A stretch of DNA of 64,000 nt from Cytophagaceae bacterium (GTDB lineage Bacteria; Bacteroidota; Bacteroidia; Cytophagales; Spirosomataceae): assembly GCA_031420365.1 (NCBI GenBank), contig JANOMP010000343.1, positions 4,386 through 68,385 of the forward strand, given 5' to 3'. Below the pieces are notes generated by a model. That model saw only the letters and a list, made by a program, of their open reading frames with translations, had not been told where the DNA came from and searched no databases. The position numbers and the translations under genes were made by a program. Below are positions 27,164 through 37,487 of this stretch, one piece after another. Position 1 is the first letter of the stretch; each line of letters starts with the position of its first letter.

Positions 27164-27402
27164 GTTATATATATTTTATTTGAAGCACTGTTTTTTAATT
27201 TAACCCACTTTTTAAGTACGTTGAAAACAATATATTTTTTCTTTTACTAGATAAAATTTAATTGTGTTTAAAACAATGTTTATTAAAAGTATTTGATTAA
27301 ATCTTATTAATCATCAAATATGATTAAAATTGTAAAAAGTATAAAATTATTAGTGATATTTGTTTAAATAATAATTAGTACAACAATTAATTTTAATGGC
27401 AC

Positions 27403-28539
27403 ATGGACGAGGATATGAATTTAATTAGGCAGAGTGCAAAAGACTTTGCTGAAACACACATAAAACCTATGGTGATGATTTGGGATGAGACTCAAACTTT
27501 TCCATTAGATCTGTTTAAGAAATTAGGAGAGCAAGGCTTCATGGGAATTTTAGTACCAGAGCGATACCAAGGGTCAGGATTAGGCTATCAAGAATACATA
27601 ACTATTTTAGACGAAATATCTAAAGTTTGCGGTTCTATTGGTTTATCTGTAGCTGCTCATAACTCACTTTGCACCAATCATATATTGAGTTTTGCAACCG
27701 AATCACAAAAGCAGAAATATCTTCCTAAATTGGCGACAGGTCAATGGATTGGTGCTTGGGGACTTACCGAAACGGGTTCGGGTTCTGACGCAGGAGGCTT
27801 GGCAACTGTGGCTCAAAAAGAAGGCGATTATTATATTTTAAACGGGTCTAAAAATTTTATTACCCATGCCATAAGTTCACATGTGGCCGTAGTAATAGCA
27901 AGAACTGGAGAAAAAGGAGATAGCCATGGGATGACGACTTTTATTATTGAAAAAGGAACTGCTGGTTTTTCTTCAGGGAAAAAAGAAAATAAATTGGGTA
28001 TGAGAGCATCTGAAACCGCTTGTTTGTTTTTTGATAATTGTAGAATACATAAAGACCAAGTAATTGGTGAAGAAGGCGATGGATTTATTCAAGCTTTAAA
28101 ATTATTGGATGGTGGAAGGATTTCAATTGCCGCTTTGTCTTTGGGAATTGCTAGAGGAGCATACGAATGTGCTTTAAATTATGCTAATGAAAGAGAACAA
28201 TTTAATCAAAAAATATTTGATTTTCAGTCAGTTGGGTTTAAATTAGCAGAAATGGCCACTGATATTGAAGCAGCTGAGCTTTTAACTAGAAAAGCTGGAA
28301 TGTTGAAAGATAAGGGGGAAAACGTAACAAAGATGGGAGCAATGGCCAAACTTTTTGCTTCAGAAACCGCGGTGGAAGTATCTAATGAAAGTGTTCAAAT
28401 TTTTGGTGGTTATGGTTTTACAAAAGACTTTCCTGCCGAAAAATATTTTAGGGATGCCAAGCTATGTACGATTGGCGAAGGGACATCGAGCATACAAAAA
28501 ATGGTGATTTCTAGAGAAATTAAAAAAGATGCTAAATAG
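27403..28539 (+). CDS. Acyl-CoA dehydrogenase (isovaleryl-CoA dehydrogenase-like by context)
   Basis: ACAD motifs GAWGLTETGSGSDA and QIFGGYGFTKDFPAEKYFRDAK. Confidence 0.9.
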   Translation: MDEDMNLIRQSAKDFAETHIKPMVMIWDETQTFPLDLFKKLGEQGFMGILVPERYQGSGLGYQEYITILDEISKVCGSIGLSVAAHNSLCTNHILSFATESQKQKYLPKLATGQWIGAWGLTETGSGSDAGGLATVAQKEGDYYILNGSKNFITHAISSHVAVVIARTGEKGDSHGMTTFIIEKGTAGFSSGKKENKLGMRASETACLFFDNCRIHKDQVIGEEGDGFIQALKLLDGGRISIAALSLGIARGAYECALNYANEREQFNQKIFDFQSVGFKLAEMATDIEAAELLTRKAGMLKDKGENVTKMGAMAKLFASETAVEVSNESVQIFGGYGFTKDFPAEKYFRDAKLCTIGEGTSSIQKMVISREIKKDAK

Positions 28540-29371
28540 AGATGAAATAGTTTTAGTGGATTGCCCTAGGGATGCTATTCAAGGCTTGAAAGTAATGATT
28601 TCGGCTAAAAAAAAAGCAAAGCATATTAATAATATTTTAAAAAGTAATCTTTTTGATTGGATAGATTTTGGAAGTTTTGTTTCGCCCAAAGCAGTACCTC
28701 AAATGGCTGATACCAAAGAAGTATTGGATAAAATAGTACTTAATAACACAAAGCTTTTGGCTATCGTAGTAAACGAAAAAGGGGCATTAGAGGCATCAAA
28801 TTTCGCAAAAATCACGTATTTAGGCTATCCATTTTCTATTTCAGAAGTATTTCAAAAGCGAAACACCCATTCCACTATTGACGAGTCGTTTGAAAATTTG
28901 AAGAACATCGTTGAAATAGCAAAAAAGTATGTTAAGATTCCAGTAGTGTACATTTCGATGGCTTTCGGTAATCCTTATGGGGAAATTTGGAACAAAGATT
29001 TGGTTTTTGAATGGATAAAAAAAATATCTGACCTGGGCGTTGAAGAGTTTTCGTTGGCCGACACCACCGGTGAAGCTAGTAAAGAACAAATAAAAGAACT
29101 GTTCTCAACCTGTATTCAAAAATTCCCTAACCTTCGAATTGGTGCTCATTTTCATTCAGAAAAAACTAGCAGTTTAGAAAAAATACAAACTGCTTTTGAA
29201 GCGGGTTGTAGAAAGTTTGACGGTGCTATTTTAGGTTTCGGAGGCTGCCCTTTTGCAAACAATGATATGGTAGGCAATATTCCATCGGAAGATTTATTGC
29301 AATATTTTAATAGAGGCAGCAAAATGCAAATTATTGAATTACAGACAAGTTTTCAAAATATGATAGCATGA
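28529..29371 (+). CDS. Hydroxymethylglutaryl-CoA lyase
   Basis: HMGL-like TIM barrel with VDCPRDAIQG, LADTTGEA and GAHFH. Overlaps the upstream gene by 11 nt. Confidence 0.75.
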   Translation: MLNRDEIVLVDCPRDAIQGLKVMISAKKKAKHINNILKSNLFDWIDFGSFVSPKAVPQMADTKEVLDKIVLNNTKLLAIVVNEKGALEASNFAKITYLGYPFSISEVFQKRNTHSTIDESFENLKNIVEIAKKYVKIPVVYISMAFGNPYGEIWNKDLVFEWIKKISDLGVEEFSLADTTGEASKEQIKELFSTCIQKFPNLRIGAHFHSEKTSSLEKIQTAFEAGCRKFDGAILGFGGCPFANNDMVGNIPSEDLLQYFNRGSKMQIIELQTSFQNMIA

Positions 29372-30135
29372 AATACAATTTCATCAAAACAAGTGTAGAG
29401 CACCATGTTTTTAAGCTGACTTTGGCGAGGCCCGAAAAAAGGAATGCCTTTACCCCAACAATGGTAAATGAAATAAATCACGCAATTTTAGAAGCTAACC
29501 TTAACAAAACAGTGCGTTTGGTTCTAATAAATGCTGAAGGATCGGTGTTTTGTGCCGGGATGGATATGAAAATTTTTGAAAACCCTTTGCTTGATACTTT
29601 AAATCCAGAAATTCAAAATCAAAATATTTCTTTAGCTACAGCTATTAGTCAATTAAATAAGCCCAGTATAGCAATTGTGGAAGGTGATGTGATAGCTGGA
29701 GGTTTTTTAATTGTATTAGAATGTACCTATATCTTTGCTAAGAAAGAGGCGAAGTTTTCTTTGCCGGAAGTAAAAAGAGGTATTTTTCCTTTTCAGGTAT
29801 TGGCTTCTTTATTAAAGTATTTACCTCAAAACAAAGCGCTTGATTTATGTATAACTGCCAAAGTTATCTCTGCCAGTAAAGCAAAAGATTTGGGAATAGT
29901 GTATGATTTTTTAGAAGATAGTAATATAAATGCATTAATAAGTAGTATCATTGGCAATGCTCCAAAAGCAATTTATTCAGGTTTTGAAGCAATTAAAATA
30001 CTTGGAGAGTTGTCTGAATCAGAAAAAATTCCTTTTTTACTACAATCTTTGGAGAACTTAAAACAAACAAAGGATGCCAAAGAAGGGATATCTGCATTTT
30101 TTGAAAAAAGAGTTGCTAGATTCCTAAATGAGTAA
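29368..30135 (+). CDS. Enoyl-CoA hydratase/isomerase family protein (methylglutaconyl-CoA hydratase by context)
   Basis: Crotonase fold with KRNAFT, FCAGMD and GDVIAGG. ATGA overlap with the upstream gene. Confidence 0.85.
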   Translation: MKYNFIKTSVEHHVFKLTLARPEKRNAFTPTMVNEINHAILEANLNKTVRLVLINAEGSVFCAGMDMKIFENPLLDTLNPEIQNQNISLATAISQLNKPSIAIVEGDVIAGGFLIVLECTYIFAKKEAKFSLPEVKRGIFPFQVLASLLKYLPQNKALDLCITAKVISASKAKDLGIVYDFLEDSNINALISSIIGNAPKAIYSGFEAIKILGELSESEKIPFLLQSLENLKQTKDAKEGISAFFEKRVARFLNE

Positions 30136-30167
30136 ATCTTAATTAAAAATTTCTTTCGAATAAAAAA

Positions 30168-31079
30168 TCATTTTATAATAAAAATGTTGCTTACAGACCT
30201 TTCACCAGCATGGTCAAATTTTTTATTGTCTGAAGGATAATTTACAACGCCATTTTCTGGTTTTCCAGCAATGTACATGGTAGTGCTTCCCCCACCATCA
30301 AAATTAATGGCATCTTTGCATTTTAGACTTTTTAGCAAGTCAGATAGTTCATACAAACTCATCCCTTCCGCTTCTGATGCTCTACCATCAATGGTTAAAA
30401 TTAAAAGTTTTTTATCTGAAGTTACACAAACGCAAGTACGTGGATGACGGTTATCATTAAAAGCGGTATTTGCTAAAAATTGGGTTTCACCATTTAATAT
30501 CAATAAAGGGCCGGTTAAAAGAACATTTTTAGCTTTAATGCTTTCTTCCCATCCTTTTTCTTTTTCACCTTTTATAATTTTCACTTTGTTTTTATGAATA
30601 GTTAGAGCCGAAATAGCTTGTTTAAAAGGCAAACGTTGTTTTGCTGAAATCCTTGAAGTATCATATACTATATTATTTATTTTTATATAATCCACTGCAC
30701 CTCCATTTTTGATATCAAAAAAACCAGCATTCACCGCAACAAAAGCACTATTGTTTTGAGCTATTTGGCTCGTTGGTTTCAAAATGCCACTAGAATGGTT
30801 GGTTTTTCTAGAAGAATCGGCTGAAGCTAAAGCAAATTTTAGTTTGCGATTCTTGAGCTTTGTTTCTAAGATATTAATATTCTGATTAGAATTGAAAAGG
30901 TTTTTTCTTTCGAAACGATAGGTGGTCCAATAGAGTTCTTTGCCTAAATCTTCTTTCTGTTTATTTGCTTTTGACCAATCAATTTTTATGATTTCTTGAG
31001 AAAAACTGCAAAATGAAACTAGAAAAAGAAACATAAATTTAGGGAAGAGATTTTGCAATTTTGAAGACATTTTGTTCAT
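30168..31079 (-). CDS. Phosphodiester glycosidase (DUF2233/NAGPA-like) family protein
   Basis: VNAGFFDIKNGG, HPRTCVCV, LTIDGR and INFDGGGSTTMY. Confidence 0.7.
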   Translation of the reverse strand: MNKMSSKLQNLFPKFMFLFLVSFCSFSQEIIKIDWSKANKQKEDLGKELYWTTYRFERKNLFNSNQNINILETKLKNRKLKFALASADSSRKTNHSSGILKPTSQIAQNNSAFVAVNAGFFDIKNGGAVDYIKINNIVYDTSRISAKQRLPFKQAISALTIHKNKVKIIKGEKEKGWEESIKAKNVLLTGPLLILNGETQFLANTAFNDNRHPRTCVCVTSDKKLLILTIDGRASEAEGMSLYELSDLLKSLKCKDAINFDGGGSTTMYIAGKPENGVVNYPSDNKKFDHAGERSVSNIFIIK

Positions 31080-31173
31080 TTTTAAAAAAGAGTTAAATTT
31101 TTTTTAAACAAAAATATACAAATTTTTATCTCTTCCGAATCAATACTTAAATTGCGGGCTGAAAAAAAACAGA

Positions 31174-32889
31174 ATGAACAATAGCATATTAAAAAGAAGA
31201 GAAAGAAATTTTTTAGGAGAAGATTTTAAATTGGAGACTTGGAATGATGTGAAGCCCCTTTACGAAAGTTTAAAAAATAGAGAACTTGAAACTAAAGAGG
31301 ATTTAGAAAAGTGGTTTTTTGATCGAAGTGAGTTAGAATCCTATTTGTCAGAAAATATGGCTTGGAGGTATATAAATATGACTTGCGATACTTCAAAGGA
31401 AGAAAACCAAAAAGCTTACCAGTTCTTTGTTGAAGAAATCCAACCAAATGCAGCTATTTATTCTGACGAACTCAATAAAAAAGCTTTAGAGTCTTTTGAA
31501 AGATTTCCTTTAATAGGCTCTGGTTATTCTATTATGATTCGAAACATGAAAAAATCAGTGGAGATATTTCGTGAAGAAAATATAGATCTTGAGACTAAAA
31601 TTCAAATTAAACAAACAGAATATCAGGCTATTACTGGAGGAATGAGTGTAAACATTGAAGGTGCTGAAATGACCATGCCCAAGGCTGCTACTTATTTGCA
31701 AAATACAGATAGGGCCGTAAGAGAAAATGCTTGGAATATAATTTCAGAACGAAGATTTTTAGATAAAGATGCCTTAAACGAAATATTTAATTCCCTGAGA
31801 GATCTAAGGCACCAAGAGGCCGTTAACGCAGACTTCCCAAATTTCAGAGATTATATGTTTGCAGCTATGGGAAGGTTTGATTATACTGCTAAAGATTGTT
31901 TTAAATTTCATGAAGCAGTATCAGAAACTATTGTTCCAATTCTAGAAGAAATGGCCAAAGATAGAAAACAAAAATTAGGCGTAGATCAATTAAAGCCTTG
32001 GGATTTGGGTGTGGATCCTGAAAATAGAGCTGCTTTAAAGCCTTTTCTAAATGCACAGGAACTTTTAGATAAAACAGAATTGTGTTTCGATGAAATAAAT
32101 CCAAAACTTGCAAATTATATTAAGATAATGCGTGCAATGGGTCATTTCGATGTGGAATCTCGAAAAGGCAAGGCAATGGGAGGATATAATTATCCATTAG
32201 AAGAAATTGGAGTGCCTTTTATTTTTATGAACGCCACTAATACTCTTCGAGATTTAGTAACAATGGTGCATGAAGGTGGGCATGCCATTCATTCATTTGA
32301 AGTAAGAGAAATGCCCATAAATGCATTTAGAAATCCACCAATGGAAGTGGCGGAACTGGCTTCTATGGCCATGGAATTGATTTCAATGGAACACTGGGAT
32401 GTGTTTTTTAAAAATGAAGAAGATTTGAAGCGAGCTAAAAAAGAACATTTAGAAAGCACACTTTCTGGTCTCCCATGGATAGCAACAATTGACAAGTTTC
32501 AACATTGGATGTATGAGAACCCAACACATTCTATTGAGGATAGAAACCAAGAGTGGAATAAGATATTGGATCAGTTTTCTGACAATACTACAGATTGGTC
32601 AGGATACGAACATTTTAGAACGAATGCTTGGCAAAAACAACTGCATATTTATGAAGTTCCATTTTATTATATCGAATACGGAATGGCTCAATTGGGGGCC
32701 ATCAGTGTTTGGCGAAATTATAAAAATGATCCCGATAAAGGACTTGACGGTTATTTGGCTGCATTGAAGCTAGGCTACACAAAATCTATAAAAGAAATAT
32801 ATGAAGCAGCTGGAATTAAATTCGATTTTTCAAAACCGTATATTTCAGAATTGATGGACTTTGTGAAAGCGGAATTAAGTAAATTATAA
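31174..32889 (+). CDS. pepF: M3-family oligoendopeptidase F
   Basis: Zinc motif HEGGHAIH and the M3B layout. Confidence 0.85.
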   Translation: MNNSILKRRERNFLGEDFKLETWNDVKPLYESLKNRELETKEDLEKWFFDRSELESYLSENMAWRYINMTCDTSKEENQKAYQFFVEEIQPNAAIYSDELNKKALESFERFPLIGSGYSIMIRNMKKSVEIFREENIDLETKIQIKQTEYQAITGGMSVNIEGAEMTMPKAATYLQNTDRAVRENAWNIISERRFLDKDALNEIFNSLRDLRHQEAVNADFPNFRDYMFAAMGRFDYTAKDCFKFHEAVSETIVPILEEMAKDRKQKLGVDQLKPWDLGVDPENRAALKPFLNAQELLDKTELCFDEINPKLANYIKIMRAMGHFDVESRKGKAMGGYNYPLEEIGVPFIFMNATNTLRDLVTMVHEGGHAIHSFEVREMPINAFRNPPMEVAELASMAMELISMEHWDVFFKNEEDLKRAKKEHLESTLSGLPWIATIDKFQHWMYENPTHSIEDRNQEWNKILDQFSDNTTDWSGYEHFRTNAWQKQLHIYEVPFYYIEYGMAQLGAISVWRNYKNDPDKGLDGYLAALKLGYTKSIKEIYEAAGIKFDFSKPYISELMDFVKAELSKL

Positions 32890-33007
32890 AATTGATTGAA
32901 CTTATATTTATAGTGATTCTTTGAAACTTAGGGCCTTTTAATAAATAATTACTAGATGAAAAAAGCGCCTCAGGGCTCTACTGAGATGCTTTTGCTTTAA
33001 AAAAAAC

Positions 33008-33508
33008 TTAGTTACTGAGATCTACAACAGACTTTTCATTTAAATTTAATTTATTCATTACATTTTGCAAGTTACTTTTATCTATTGTATTTGAAAATTT
33101 TCCAGGAACGACTACTATTCTAAAGATCTTGTTTAATCTCCATTTACTGTTTAGCTTTAGAGGATCAAAGTTGGAATCTAAAAAGATACTAAAATCAGAT
33201 TTGGTGAAATCAAAATTATATTGGTGAATGCCATCAACAGAGGTATAAACTTGAGGAAGACCTTTCCAAATATCTGCCCCGGCTTTATCTACTCCTGCAT
33301 TTTCGTATAATAATAGTACATCAGAATTAAATATCACTGGGTTCAATTTATAAAAGTTTCGATATGTATTTGCAGATGTAAAATCTGCTTTAACTTCGAA
33401 TACTTCAGCTAGAAACTCTTTAGTTATGGGTTGAGGATTATCATTAACCGTACATGAGGTGAAAAAACCTTGTGAAAGTAATAAACCGAAAACTATTATC
33501 TTTTTCAT
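33008..33508 (-). CDS. Hypothetical lipoprotein
   Basis: Lipobox FFTSC. No recognised domain. Confidence 0.5.
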   Translation of the reverse strand: MKKIIVFGLLLSQGFFTSCTVNDNPQPITKEFLAEVFEVKADFTSANTYRNFYKLNPVIFNSDVLLLYENAGVDKAGADIWKGLPQVYTSVDGIHQYNFDFTKSDFSIFLDSNFDPLKLNSKWRLNKIFRIVVVPGKFSNTIDKSNLQNVMNKLNLNEKSVVDLSN

Positions 33509-34091
33509 AACTATACTATTTTAGTGTTTAAATTTCTTATTTAATTCTTAGATGCATAAATCAACGAATAGGTTTGTTAATTAAATTGCAGAAAATAAAA
33601 TTAATTTTCAAGTCCTTAATAATCAGTGTTAAGGCAAATGTTAATGGCTAGGTAAAAGAAAATTGGAGGGCTGTACAGTTTTGATTTTTTATAGAATTGA
33701 AGATAAGTTCGAAGATTAAAATTATCGTTTTTAATTCTATAAGTTCAATTTTTTCTTTAATAATAGGTAAATGAAATTTATCGCAAAATTCTTTACAGCT
33801 AAAAAGGCTGGTGATTTAGGTTTAGAAATATCTGAGAAGTGTTTTTCAATAAGTTTTGTAAGACAAAATCTATGTGAAAGAGGCCTTTCCTATGGAAGTG
33901 GATTTTGTAAAAATAATCTTCTTATCTAATTTTCGTACCAATTTTAAAGGGAAAAACCGAGTAGAAATTGGGAAATGAAAACGTCTATTTTTTAATTTGG
34001 CAGAAAAAAATTCTCCCTCTTAGGAAACTTCAAATGTAGCTTAATTATCACTCATGGAGCAAGAGCTATTTGAGGTGGAATAATTTTCATT

Positions 34092-34580
34092 TTAAATTTT
34101 TTTACTTAAAATCTCTATTAACTTTTCTAAAGCTATTTGGTCTATTTTTGAAAAATCGTTTAAGAAATCAGAATCAATGTCTAAAACGCCTAATACATCA
34201 TTTTTTGAATTAAAAAGAGGTAAAACAATTTCGGATTTAGATGCAGAACTACAAGCGATATGTTCTGGGAAAGCATCAACATCTGGTACTATCACTGTTT
34301 TTTTTGTACTAAAAGAATGCCCACAAACGCCTCGGTCATATCTGATTCTAGTGCAAGCAATTGGGCCTTGAAATGGCCCAAGTACTAGTTCACCCTGATG
34401 GTTGTCTAAATAAAACCCTACCCAATAAAATCCAAAAGCCTGCTTTAAACTAGCTGCTACATTGGCTAGATTTGCAATTAAATCAGTTTCCTCGGCTATT
34501 AAGGCTTCAATTTGGGGAAGTAGCTCCTCATATATGACATTTCTATCATTTGTTTCGCTTAGTAATAGGCCTTCTGCCAT
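34092..34580 (-). CDS. GAF domain protein (free methionine-(R)-sulfoxide reductase-like)
   Basis: YWVGFYL...GPFQGPIACTRI...GVCG...HIACSSASKSEIV matches the YebR/MsrC type. Confidence 0.85.
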   Translation of the reverse strand: MAEGLLLSETNDRNVIYEELLPQIEALIAEETDLIANLANVAASLKQAFGFYWVGFYLDNHQGELVLGPFQGPIACTRIRYDRGVCGHSFSTKKTVIVPDVDAFPEHIACSSASKSEIVLPLFNSKNDVLGVLDIDSDFLNDFSKIDQIALEKLIEILSKKI

Positions 34581-34702
34581 GCTTGGATTAAATATTAACT
34601 ATTAAAAAAAAAATTGAATTTCAAATCTAAGAGAAATTTATGTTTCTTCATTTTTTAGAGTCTTTTATTTTTATCACATTTGTGAAAATCTGTGAAAGAA
34701 CT

Positions 34703-35635
34703 ATGGAAAAACGAGAATATGCTCTATTGGCTGTGGGTGAATTGTTAGGAGATTTTATCGGCTCTGAAATAACAGAAAATTTATATACCTCTTCTAAGTT
34801 TGAAAGGTTTCAGGGTGGGAGCCCAGCCAATCTCGCTGCAAACATGAAAAGATTGGGATATAGAACAGCTATAGTAAGCTGTGTGGGGGATGATAATTTA
34901 GGAAAATATCTAGTGGAACAAGTTAAAAATGTTGGAGTAGATACACAATTTGTGAAATACCATAAAGATGAACCTAGCAGTATTGTTTTGGTTTCCAGAA
35001 CAACTGGTACCCCCGACTTTATTCCTTACAGAACAGCGGATAAAATGCTTTTTTATACGGACATTCCTGATGAGCTTTTGGCAAAGACCTCCATTTTTCA
35101 TACTACTTGCTGGCCTTTAAGTAAACAACCCTCGCAAAAAACTGTTTTAGGTGTAGCCAAAAAAGCCAAAGATTTAGGTTGTATTTTAAGTGCTGACCTT
35201 AATTATGCAGAGCGTGTTTGGCCAGATCGGCAGGAGGCTCATAGCGTAATAAGGGAATATTTATCATTGGGTTCATTGATAAAATTAAGCGATGACGATG
35301 CAGAGCGTTTTTATGGGAAAGTTGTTGATAAACAAAAAGTAATAGAAGATTTTCACAATTGGGGGGCTGAATTAATTTGTTTTACAATGGGTAGCAAAGG
35401 CAGTATTGTTTCGACAGAAAATGGAAAAAATCAAATAGTCAACAAGCCAGAGGCTATCAGAGTTTTAGATGCTACTGGAGCTGGTGATTCGTTTTGGGCT
35501 GGCTTTTTAGCGGCATATTTAGGTCAAATGCCTCCAGAAGTTTGTTCTAAAGCTGGAGCTAATATGGCAAAAATTAAGCTTTCCACATTCGGGCCTATAT
35601 TACATGATTTAGAATTAAAAGACCTTTTAGTTTGA
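34703..35635 (+). CDS. PfkB-family carbohydrate kinase
   Basis: GGSPANLA and DATGAGDSFWAGF motifs. Start at ATG 34703. Confidence 0.8.
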   Translation: MEKREYALLAVGELLGDFIGSEITENLYTSSKFERFQGGSPANLAANMKRLGYRTAIVSCVGDDNLGKYLVEQVKNVGVDTQFVKYHKDEPSSIVLVSRTTGTPDFIPYRTADKMLFYTDIPDELLAKTSIFHTTCWPLSKQPSQKTVLGVAKKAKDLGCILSADLNYAERVWPDRQEAHSVIREYLSLGSLIKLSDDDAERFYGKVVDKQKVIEDFHNWGAELICFTMGSKGSIVSTENGKNQIVNKPEAIRVLDATGAGDSFWAGFLAAYLGQMPPEVCSKAGANMAKIKLSTFGPILHDLELKDLLV

Positions 35636-35691
35636 AAAAGTGAAGAGAAAAAATTAGAATTTTATTGATAGCAGTTTTTTTTTCTTAAAAA

Positions 35692-37404
35692 TCATAAATT
35701 TTGTTTTTTCAATTCTTCAAAAGCAAAGGCTACTGCCCTGGCAGTAAGTGCCATATAAGTAATGGAAGGATTGGCACAAGAAGAAGATGTCATACAAGCT
35801 CCATCGGTTACGAATACGTTTTTAGCACTCCAAACTTGATTGTACTTATTTAGTACCGAATCTTTCGGAGAATTTCCCATTCTTGCTGTACCCATTTCGT
35901 GAATGCAAAGTCCAAAACCTTTTTCATCATCGTATGCTTCAATATTATTAAAACCTGCTTTTTCTAGCATCTCTGCAGCATCATTTTTCATATCTATCCG
36001 CATTTTTCTTTCATTTTCTCCAAACTCAGCAGACATTTTCAAAACGGGTTGTCCCCATTGATCTTTCACTTCGTTTGTTAAAGTGACATGATTTTTAAAT
36101 TCTGGAAGGGTTTCAGCAAATCCCATCATATCGGTGGCCCAAGGCCCAATCTGAGAAGACTTTTCTTTTAAAGTAATCCCAAACCCTTCTTCTTCTTCAT
36201 TTCTTCCTCTTCCGCTTGTTCCTTCGTATCCAAAACCTCGCAAATAGTCTCTTTTGTCATTCCCAATATTTCGAAAACGAGGAACATAAAAGCCGTTAGG
36301 CCTTCTTCCAAAAGTATATTTATTTTCAAACCCTTGGTAAGTGCCTCGAGCCCCTGCAGAAAAATGATGATCCATCAAATAATGCCCCAATACCCCGCTA
36401 TCATTACCTAAGCCATTTGGAAAGCGATTAGAAGTAGAATTTAATAATATGTGGGTTGTACCTAAAGTTGAGGCATTTAAGAAAATAATCTTAGCAGAGA
36501 ATTCTAAAATTTCCTTTGTATTTTGATCTATTACCCGCACCCCGGTCGCTTTGTCTAATTTTTCATTATAGATAATAGAATTAACGATACTTTGAGGTCG
36601 AAGGGTTAAATTTCCGGTTCGTTTTGCTGCTGGTAATGTTGCAGATTGTGTACTAAAATACGCTCCATAAGGACAACCCCTCATACACAAATCTCTACTT
36701 TGGCAGGTGCCACGGCCTAATTCTAGTTGCTCAGGTGTGGGCATTGTTAGGTGTGCTTGGCGAGCGTGTATAATATGTCGGTTTGAAAAATTTGCTTTTA
36801 CGGAATCTTTTAAATGTTCTTCTAAACAAGTTAATGGAAAAGGAGGCTGATAAATTCCATCAGGTAAATGAGGAAGACCATCTCTCGTTCCAGAAATTCC
36901 TGCAAATTTTTCTACATAATCATACCAAGGAGAAATGTCCTTATACCGTATAGGCCAATCGATTGCAATTCCTTCTTTTGCATTTGCCTCAAAATCATGA
37001 TCTCCTAATCGCAAGCTAAGTCTTCCCCAAGTTAAAGATTTACCACCAACTTGCCAACTGCGTATCCAATCAAATCTCTTTTCTTCCACATAAGGGTAAT
37101 CAACATCTTTTACAAAAAAATCCTTTGTAGATTCTGTAATAGTGAAACCTGTACGTTCATGAATAGGGTATTTTTTCATTTCTTGGGTAGGCACAACGCC
37201 TCTATGTGGAAAATCCCAAGGAGCTAACAGGGCTGTTTTATAATCGGTAATGTGCTCAATATTTCTTCCTCTATCTAACATTAAAACTTTAAAGCCTTTT
37301 TCACAAAGTTCTTTGGCAGCCCAGCCACCTGAAATACCTGAACCAACTACAATGGCATCATAGGTTAATTTTTCAGTAGTGTTTTGTTTCATAATCTCAT
37401 ACAA
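35692..37404 (-). CDS. GMC-family FAD-dependent oxidoreductase
   Basis: N-terminal DAIVVGSGISGGWAAKEL (GxGxxG) and a C-terminal GMC domain with HEMGTARMG. Confidence 0.88.
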   Translation of the reverse strand: MYEIMKQNTTEKLTYDAIVVGSGISGGWAAKELCEKGFKVLMLDRGRNIEHITDYKTALLAPWDFPHRGVVPTQEMKKYPIHERTGFTITESTKDFFVKDVDYPYVEEKRFDWIRSWQVGGKSLTWGRLSLRLGDHDFEANAKEGIAIDWPIRYKDISPWYDYVEKFAGISGTRDGLPHLPDGIYQPPFPLTCLEEHLKDSVKANFSNRHIIHARQAHLTMPTPEQLELGRGTCQSRDLCMRGCPYGAYFSTQSATLPAAKRTGNLTLRPQSIVNSIIYNEKLDKATGVRVIDQNTKEILEFSAKIIFLNASTLGTTHILLNSTSNRFPNGLGNDSGVLGHYLMDHHFSAGARGTYQGFENKYTFGRRPNGFYVPRFRNIGNDKRDYLRGFGYEGTSGRGRNEEEEGFGITLKEKSSQIGPWATDMMGFAETLPEFKNHVTLTNEVKDQWGQPVLKMSAEFGENERKMRIDMKNDAAEMLEKAGFNNIEAYDDEKGFGLCIHEMGTARMGNSPKDSVLNKYNQVWSAKNVFVTDGACMTSSSCANPSITYMALTARAVAFAFEELKKQNL

Positions 37405-37487
37405 TTTGCAATATTGAAAAAAATTTCAATTATTAGTAATGAATAATAAATTAGCCAATTTTATTGTTTATTTGCCACATTTTCAGT

